A model generated the notes under the pieces. The model was not told the origin of the DNA. It saw only the letters and a program-made list of their open reading frames with translations, and searched no databases. A DNA stretch of 64,000 nt from a virus: IMG/VR virus record IMGVR_UViG_3300017786_000003, positions 43,861 to 107,860 of that record; one strand, written 5' to 3'. The position numbers and the translations under genes were made by a program. Positions 42,101 through 48,870 of this stretch are shown here, piece by piece (the first letter of the stretch is position 1; each line of letters starts with the position of its first letter).

Positions 42101-42479
42101 GTTCAAGCTGTCTTGCAAAGTTCATTTCTTTTCTATATTGTGAAGTAAACACAACATCTTTTACAATTTCATCATCTTGGTAAAAGGGAGCAAAGACACT
42201 CTTGGCAGCATCAACATTTTGTTGCACAGACAAATCCATACCAGATATCTTTTCTATTTGAGGTGCAATAGTCTCTGAGAACTGATCTCTTTTTTGTTTA
42301 TTGTCTTCTCTTGATAGATCAGCATATACTACTTTATTATATAAATCATTTGCTGCTTGGAAATTAGCATCATATTTAGATGTTCTTGTATCCAAAACAG
42401 CAGATAAAAATTTATAATCTGGTGTGAAAGGTTGTATGTCTGGTAAATAACTATTTACTCCTTTTATATATGTTGCCAT
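39120..42479 (-). CDS. Virion cargo/ejection protein (1119 aa)
   Basis: Helical N-terminus; position immediately upstream of the RNAP gene. Confidence 0.7.
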   Translation of the reverse strand: MATYIKGVNSYLPDIQPFTPDYKFLSAVLDTRTSKYDANFQAANDLYNKVVYADLSREDNKQKRDQFSETIAPQIEKISGMDLSVQQNVDAAKSVFAPFYQDDEIVKDVVFTSQYRKEMNFARQLEQSPINDQRERYWQTGVTAMQYQMDDFINASPDKALQMKLPTYVENANLFELASDILSEMDPPLKAKIDHYGQNADGSVNTDWIITTQNGELVTGAALQVIQSRLLDDPQVINAYQTDAYVKSRNFAKAGIDAGRFSSVEQGQAAWADETIERINNINEALIEEDTKLLKTLEDANVNWDNWIAANGVIPGSNMDKLYRENMSAAEATQAALDAKLKIRTTGSTPSNTDLGKLNRAYNMLMSFNISGDMQKAAIEYGNRDREVTMRINQLKENQRERDAKVSLENLRSRNKRAEIALEKIGENTSTGLDVFDNTIVSGDAQTIQMDVEVEDGIAEFTPDSDLVDSNFIQEDKAYQASEKRQLALLKEYYQKLHPRGNEPDGNYSMMIGGEKVVGDINTIFNKLSFRETDKKGVDLGFKYADDISANFDASSLIIKDYKNSITGSNDPNITKGVNSKSFNSLYNNYYGLNGAVVEKEAVGSNVTALRQVYKDAYAITEELARSENNGRQNVKLLMDDGFGGIMNSDGSIKTKQEYINEMALKAANLQITNTDRYDFEDNFDGSYSQDDDDYMIDGEVVNSYLHVDQNPTYGGSYTSSSSSTMIPSTVSGGSSERPDLPEFIRATEGKLKGQMVRLNWGDFATDASIVYDGLKKKLNQGMTGQITNQDGKAMVIPTATYNSIAMGKNTETYADLLSNPIYTGVIIPKPGMTSNESMMLFQQFGNQIAKMDRQNPDQYGLFMGDMTTAGRNANQERDIEKYLEKDPLALKIYNIYKNDHTYFARNPKASNSSKLVPKINLSYLSVYGAPGDPNKDFAGYQLSLPKEWLSTKKAGEDPDSQYGALSQADINRFINKYDGKLSFVFPQEFDQNPRRAGATVVSQVMNDINAQGGDYKEYVFQGGDYEVGNVRFNRIASGDGYDYTMNYYLNTYQPGGTYLKSPLITKDIDMTNGLGALDYEYKSIKAVFDELRDSNALAEAADVATNNAASIANERTNQ

Positions 42480-42538
42480 AGTTCAAAAATACTTTAATTT
42501 ATTAAGTTTACAAAGTGGATGAAATAAACTCTTTAAGT

Positions 42539-45500
42539 TTACATTCCCATTTTTCCACTATAAAATGGCATTACCCATTTTTTAATTTTTTTCTCCATAC
42601 CATGTTTACCCTCATCTACTGAGACATTTGATCCAGGATATCCCGGTATACCTCTTGATTGTAACTCTTGCTGTCCATATGTGGTACCTCCAACATTAGG
42701 TAAACCTGAGTGAGTATCCTGATATATTCTATTCTCTATTTCTTTTGTAGGTTGTACACCAGTTATTCTTGTATACTCTGCAATTTTTCTAAAGTATGCT
42801 TGATCAGCATCTTCCTTGTTTTGTTTAAAGAACTGTTTACCTTGGTCAGTAAATTCTATTTTTCCATACTCATCTGGATTTATACCATAATAATCATATA
42901 AACTATTCAAGTTAGCAGTATTAGCTTTATTTGTTTGAGCAGTATTCATTAATTCAACAGCTTTATTTATATAAGCATTATCAAAGTTATCTGCATCTTG
43001 TAGTGCTTTTACCGTACCATCATATGCATTCTGATCAATATCAGCTTGTGCTAAATTAAATTTATAATCTAACTGAGGCTGCATCATTCCTACTTGGTTC
43101 ATTGTTCTAACATTATTCTGATTAACTAAATTAATAGCTTTTGCATTAGCCGCCATTGTTTTACCTTGTATATTACTACGTGCAATCTGTTGCGGTCCAT
43201 AAGTAGACAAAGCCTCAGCCATAGTATTTTGTGCACCTAAGTTTGCATTTATTGCCTGTGTTGGATCATCTAATACATAATCTATAACAGGTCTTTCTAA
43301 TTGTGGAGCATAAGGTAAATATAAATTATCCTCCATCATTCCTAAAGCTCTTAGATTATTTAAATCTTGTTGCCAGAATCTATCAATAGGTGGATCAGCT
43401 TCTTCTATAGGGTTTGGTTCTATTGGATCATCTGGAATATCAAAAAATTGTTCATCATCAGAACCAAAATCTATATCTAATCTTGGTGCATTAAATGTAT
43501 GGAAACCAAATTTACTATCAAAACCTTCTCCTTTTATATAACCTTCACTACCCTTTTCTTTAAAGTAGGGCACATATAACTTATTATATAACTCTTCATT
43601 AAATACTCCATTAGCGTCTGTAGCTAATTTTCTAGCTTCTTCTTGTCTTGTTTTTTCTGCAAGTTTTTGGAACTCACCCCACTGCTTATTATCTCTACCA
43701 GCGTCATAATCAAACCCTTCTATTTGTTCTACTACATCTCCCCATCTTTCCATGAAGTCAGCTTCACCTTCTTCACTCATAAATACACTAGAACCATAAC
43801 TACCTTCACCTGCTTTAAACTGTTTCAATGGTCTTGAACCTTTTGAATATCTGCCGTATCTATACTGACCTATAGGAGAACCTTCAAGTACTTGCCCTTG
43901 TGTCTCTATATCATCTGAGTATATAACAGTTGATCCAGTTCCTTCACCTTCTATTTCTTCTCTTACTCTTTCATGACTTTTATCAAATCTACCTTGATAT
44001 GGTCTGTATGCTCTAAGTCTACCATCAGAAGTTAAACTAAAAGTATATCCTTCTCTTCTATACTTTTCCATTTTATCATAGTTTTCACTACCTTTTGGAA
44101 ATGGATTCTTATAGTTATCTACATTCTCATCAACAGTCTCTTCAACAGTAGATACTACATCTGCTGAGCCTTCAGTATTATCTGATTCTATAATTTCACT
44201 TGTAGAAACAGATAAATCTTCTGGATATGTTGGTTTATTAAATATATCATAATTATCTATATCTGTTAATGCTTTACCATACATTTGTTTTTCTTCATTG
44301 GTTAAGTCATCTAAAAATTTCTTAGGTATTGTACCATCTATACTTCTATGCAAATCTTGTCTAATAACATAATCAATATATTCAGCTCTTCCTACTGGCC
44401 TTCCCTGAATCTCATACATAGAGCTAGTAGTTACTCCAGCACGTGCTCCTGTATTCTCACCACCATCTTGCATCTTTCTAAAATTTGGTAACTCAAAGTT
44501 TTCTGATTGTTCTGGTAACTCACTTAGCTGTAATGATTTAAATAATCTAGTAACAACTGGTTCACTAAATGTAGATTTTTGATCAAAATTTGGTAATTGA
44601 AAATCTACTGATTGACTAGGCAATGAAGATAGATAATTATATTGTGGAGTGTTTGGTACAAAAGGTATTTTATTAGCTCCTGTAATAGCATCTAATTGTG
44701 ATTTTGTAGGCATACCCGGTATTTGTTGTCCAGGAACACCGCCCTGTTGAGCTTTCTTCATAGATTCTTTGATGGCAGCATCTCTTCTTGCTAAATATAC
44801 ATCTTCTCCTTTTGGTCCTCCATATGCTGCTGTTTGCATCATATCCATGTCTGCCTGTGCTAGTTGCATTTGGTCAGCAGGGTTTGGCTGTTGAGGTTGT
44901 ACTGGCATTGCTTCAGCTTGTTGTAACATTGCTTGAAGCATCATAAGTTTTTCTTGTTCTCCTGGAGGCATAGCGTCAATTGTATTTTGTTGTGCTTGTT
45001 GTTGAGATATATTTTCTATTTTTGCTGTAAACTCTAAAGGGTCTACTCCCACACTCAATAAAAAAGGATGTGCTATTAAAGGTACACCTTCTTCAAAATT
45101 CTTTTTATTTTCTTGCATGAATCCTAATTTAGATAAATCCATCATATTTTTCTTTAACATAAGCTCTGCACTTCTTGATGATATGTCATCAGCATATTGA
45201 GAATCTAATTCAGCATAAAAATCATTAATATCAAACTTCTTTGAAATTGCAGCTGGTGTTTTTTTCTTTTTACTTTCAATACCAAACTCTGCCATCTCAT
45301 CTCTATCAAATTTCATCTTTGCTGTATCAGAAAAAATAAATGATTGCTCAGGTAAAAACATAGGTGTTCCCCCTTTAGAGTGTCTTTTACCCCCTATATC
45401 ATATAAACCAAACATACCATCACCTGACAAATCTGTTAGGACTGTTTCTCCACGTTCTGCTTCTACGTTTGCATTTTCTCTAGGTACACTAGATAAACTA

Positions 45501-45700
45501 TATCTAACGTTCTCATCACGTGTATTATTAAAACTAGTTTCTCCATAGTATTCCTGTGGAACTGAAACCAAACCATAATCAGCTTGATCACCAGTAGTAT
45601 ACATATCACCACCAGTACGCATAAATTTGTCTTCTACAACTTTACCGTTTACTAATTTAAATCCTTTAGGTAATTTACCTTTTAGTTTTATTTTTGCCAT
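42539..45700 (-). CDS. Virion cargo protein with xxGG-delimited modules (1053 aa)
   Basis: NVEAERGE..GKRHSKGG..FIFSD domain recalled from crAss-like cargo proteins; RTGG, AYGG, QQGG, QDGG linkers. Confidence 0.75.
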   Translation of the reverse strand: MAKIKLKGKLPKGFKLVNGKVVEDKFMRTGGDMYTTGDQADYGLVSVPQEYYGETSFNNTRDENVRYSLSSVPRENANVEAERGETVLTDLSGDGMFGLYDIGGKRHSKGGTPMFLPEQSFIFSDTAKMKFDRDEMAEFGIESKKKKTPAAISKKFDINDFYAELDSQYADDISSRSAELMLKKNMMDLSKLGFMQENKKNFEEGVPLIAHPFLLSVGVDPLEFTAKIENISQQQAQQNTIDAMPPGEQEKLMMLQAMLQQAEAMPVQPQQPNPADQMQLAQADMDMMQTAAYGGPKGEDVYLARRDAAIKESMKKAQQGGVPGQQIPGMPTKSQLDAITGANKIPFVPNTPQYNYLSSLPSQSVDFQLPNFDQKSTFSEPVVTRLFKSLQLSELPEQSENFELPNFRKMQDGGENTGARAGVTTSSMYEIQGRPVGRAEYIDYVIRQDLHRSIDGTIPKKFLDDLTNEEKQMYGKALTDIDNYDIFNKPTYPEDLSVSTSEIIESDNTEGSADVVSTVEETVDENVDNYKNPFPKGSENYDKMEKYRREGYTFSLTSDGRLRAYRPYQGRFDKSHERVREEIEGEGTGSTVIYSDDIETQGQVLEGSPIGQYRYGRYSKGSRPLKQFKAGEGSYGSSVFMSEEGEADFMERWGDVVEQIEGFDYDAGRDNKQWGEFQKLAEKTRQEEARKLATDANGVFNEELYNKLYVPYFKEKGSEGYIKGEGFDSKFGFHTFNAPRLDIDFGSDDEQFFDIPDDPIEPNPIEEADPPIDRFWQQDLNNLRALGMMEDNLYLPYAPQLERPVIDYVLDDPTQAINANLGAQNTMAEALSTYGPQQIARSNIQGKTMAANAKAINLVNQNNVRTMNQVGMMQPQLDYKFNLAQADIDQNAYDGTVKALQDADNFDNAYINKAVELMNTAQTNKANTANLNSLYDYYGINPDEYGKIEFTDQGKQFFKQNKEDADQAYFRKIAEYTRITGVQPTKEIENRIYQDTHSGLPNVGGTTYGQQELQSRGIPGYPGSNVSVDEGKHGMEKKIKKWVMPFYSGKMGM

Positions 45701-45702
45701 AA

Positions 45703-48700
45703 TTATAACATTTCTATATCAGCTCCCGCTGCAATTAATTTTGCTAATATTGATGAGTCAACATTAACAGTCTCACCACCCTCTTGTCTTCTGGTTCCAG
45801 TTTGTCCTAAATCTAAACCTGAAACAAAGTTTAACGGATATCCTTCAACATCTGAAGATACTGATTGTATTGGTTGTGACTCAATAACAGAAGCTGCAGG
45901 AATGTTGTATTGCTTAAGTAAATTCCTAGCTTCATCTAACTGAGTTTGTATCTTAGGTAGTTGTCCAACATATCTTAAAAATTGTGGATCTTCTCCTCTT
46001 ATTGCATTTGGATCATTTTGATCATATGGCCCATCTACCATTGGAAAATTACCTTCATTAAAATCTAATCTAGTTCCACTATCTGCTTGATATGCGTTAA
46101 ATGTTGGTTGCATCACAGGCATACCATCTTCATCATAAGTACCAGAAGTTGTTTCTTCTCCAGGACCAGAATAAATACCTGTATGATGAGGTCTCCAAGA
46201 TTCTCTATTACTATGCTTTCCTCTATATGTAGTTGGTGCGTAGCTATACATAGATACCATATCACCTAATTCTGCCTCATCATCACTAATTAACTCAAAT
46301 GGTATTGAACCTGCACCAGGAAACTTAGAGCCATAAGCTTTTTCAGTTAAACTATAATTACCACCCAAAGTTGGCATATCATATGCTCCTGCTTGTTGGT
46401 ATGCAAAACAACCATATGGAGTACAATATAATTCATCATCGTTACTACCAGTAGTACCAAGTGTACTATAAGGTGTATCACTACCTGCTCTAGTTTTTGG
46501 TAATGCATCCTTTATCATTTGAGGTAACTTCTCATATGCACTCATCATTTCTTTTCGGCTAGTTGCTAGTTGAAAGTCTCTGTATAATTGGTAATCTTCG
46601 TCAGACATTCCTCCCTCACTTGGACTTAAAAACATCCTATCATCTGCTTGATCCAAAAATTCTGATGTACCTAGTATATTATCTCTTACTTCATTAACTC
46701 TTGTTTCTTCTGTATTATATAAGTTTTTAATGTAATTATAATAAGCACGAGCTGATGCACTATCTTTTACACTTTCACTAGTAAGACTCCCGCCATCTTG
46801 GGCTTTAGCCATTTCTCTTTTTATAACTTTATCTCTATTAGCTAGATAAGCTGCTTCTCCTTTCTCACCACCATATTCAGATACTGAATTCATATATAAA
46901 CCAGTTACATAGTCTGAGTCAGCACCAGTTCTTCCTGTGTTTATATCAGTAGTACCTTTATAATTAAATGGTTGTGTGTATGTATTAAATCTTTCATCTG
47001 CTATTGCACCCATTCTATTATCTACTTGTGCATCAAAAATATCATCTCTTTTAGCAAACTTAGTTAATTCTGGAGCTAACTGAACAGCTACGTCACTTAC
47101 ATCTTCAAAACCTCTCATAAAGTTACTATCCCTAAATCTATTATAAGCTCCTTCTATTCCTCCAGTATTTATATTTATTTCTGGTGGTGTAATTTCATCA
47201 AAAGCAGCTTGAGCTTCAGCTTGAGCCTTTTCTTGCATTCCTTGTTGATTCTGTTCATTTAAAGAATCTAACGTTGCTTGGTTCTGTTGTTGTGCTGGTG
47301 TTGGACCTACTAATGGATTTCTTTGTCTGAATTCTTCATCTTCTACCATTTGCACAGATGTGCTGTAATCTAAAAAAGGTACATTAAAATCAAAGATATC
47401 AGAACTATCTTGTTGTGGAAACATAGCACCTCCATCTTGTTTTTGTGGAAACATTTTTTGTAATGCTTCTAATGTTGCATTACCTACATTACCTAAATTT
47501 TCTTTTTGAGTAGCTGCCCAGTCTTTGAAATCTTTTTGTAAGTTACTAATCATTCTTTCAGTGCCAAGCCCTCCACCTGTAACTGTCTCATTAAAATTAC
47601 CTACATCAATATTAGAAGCAATTTCATTTGCATTTTCTGATGACTTTAGTAAGTCTACATACTTTTGCATTGCAGCCATATTATCTTCAGATAAAAATTC
47701 ATCCATATTCTTTATTGAATACTCTGCATCTTTAAATTTATTAGATCTATTTATATCTTTTTTTGCCTGCCAATCTCTGAATGTTCCATCTTTAACACCA
47801 TCTTTATTTAGATCTTTGCCACTAAACATATCTTCATATCCAGTACGTAGAGTATTAAAAATATTAGCATAGTTGACATCTCCATCTTCAAATGCAACTG
47901 GGTTAATGTAAAATGGCTTAGCATTTATAACATCATAATTATAATTCTTATCAATCTTATACGTTGGGTTTGGGTCTGCAATTGTTCCCATACCACCATA
48001 TTGCATTTGGGGTGCTTGCTCTTTTAATTTTTTTAAACCTGCTCTTCTATATGCATCAAATTTACCAACACCGTTCATATCACGGCTATATGCTCCAGTA
48101 TTAATTGGTACTAAAACATTATCTATTATAGCTTGAACACGTTCTGGATCTTCCAAACCAGTATAAAAATCTGAACCTCTTAAATCTTCTAGGGTCAAAT
48201 TAAGTTGAGTAGTCATATCTATTTCCTCACCACCTTCTTGTTTTTTAAACTTAGCAGCATTACGTGCAAAATTAGCCATTTTTACTACTTCGGTAGAATA
48301 CTTCTCTTTATTAGCTAAAACCTTTCTAGCAGCTTCTTGTACACCCATACCACGTGCCTTAGCCCATTTAGTAAACTTACCTCTATTTTCTTTTTTAATT
48401 TCTATGCCTGATTTAGCATACTCATCTATTACATCTACATTAAGATCAACAGGATCCATTTCACTTTCTACTGATTCATTTCTTGCTAGCTCTTGAGGAT
48501 TTTGATTTACTTGTGCAGGAGTAGCAAGTTCAGGTTGCATTCTTTTAACAACTTCTTGAAAGACCTGTTGTATTTGGACTTCTTCCATACCACCCATCAT
48601 AAGTGCTTGAGCTATAACTTGTTGATCTATTTCTTGTGTAGAAAGTTCTGTTACTACATCAACTATATCTTTTCCTTGTTTAACTGACTCACTAATCATC

Positions 48701-48810
48701 ATAGTAACTTTCTGAATCATAGGATCCGGTTGCTGATTATTTTGCATACCAGGTTGCGTTGGAATCATTTGTCCTCCTTGTTGTTTTAAACTTTTTTTGT
48801 TTAATTGCAT
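45703..48810 (-). CDS. Modular cargo protein with NlpC/P60-like domain and xxGG linkers (1035 aa)
   Basis: Seven (Q/E)xGG linkers; YCTPYG...LGDMV...HHTGIY. Confidence 0.8.
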   Translation of the reverse strand: MQLNKKSLKQQGGQMIPTQPGMQNNQQPDPMIQKVTMMISESVKQGKDIVDVVTELSTQEIDQQVIAQALMMGGMEEVQIQQVFQEVVKRMQPELATPAQVNQNPQELARNESVESEMDPVDLNVDVIDEYAKSGIEIKKENRGKFTKWAKARGMGVQEAARKVLANKEKYSTEVVKMANFARNAAKFKKQEGGEEIDMTTQLNLTLEDLRGSDFYTGLEDPERVQAIIDNVLVPINTGAYSRDMNGVGKFDAYRRAGLKKLKEQAPQMQYGGMGTIADPNPTYKIDKNYNYDVINAKPFYINPVAFEDGDVNYANIFNTLRTGYEDMFSGKDLNKDGVKDGTFRDWQAKKDINRSNKFKDAEYSIKNMDEFLSEDNMAAMQKYVDLLKSSENANEIASNIDVGNFNETVTGGGLGTERMISNLQKDFKDWAATQKENLGNVGNATLEALQKMFPQKQDGGAMFPQQDSSDIFDFNVPFLDYSTSVQMVEDEEFRQRNPLVGPTPAQQQNQATLDSLNEQNQQGMQEKAQAEAQAAFDEITPPEININTGGIEGAYNRFRDSNFMRGFEDVSDVAVQLAPELTKFAKRDDIFDAQVDNRMGAIADERFNTYTQPFNYKGTTDINTGRTGADSDYVTGLYMNSVSEYGGEKGEAAYLANRDKVIKREMAKAQDGGSLTSESVKDSASARAYYNYIKNLYNTEETRVNEVRDNILGTSEFLDQADDRMFLSPSEGGMSDEDYQLYRDFQLATSRKEMMSAYEKLPQMIKDALPKTRAGSDTPYSTLGTTGSNDDELYCTPYGCFAYQQAGAYDMPTLGGNYSLTEKAYGSKFPGAGSIPFELISDDEAELGDMVSMYSYAPTTYRGKHSNRESWRPHHTGIYSGPGEETTSGTYDEDGMPVMQPTFNAYQADSGTRLDFNEGNFPMVDGPYDQNDPNAIRGEDPQFLRYVGQLPKIQTQLDEARNLLKQYNIPAASVIESQPIQSVSSDVEGYPLNFVSGLDLGQTGTRRQEGGETVNVDSSILAKLIAAGADIEML

Positions 48811-48870
48811 GATGATTATATTATAATATTAATATACAAATAATTAGGGAGAATCACTAATCTTTTAGGT

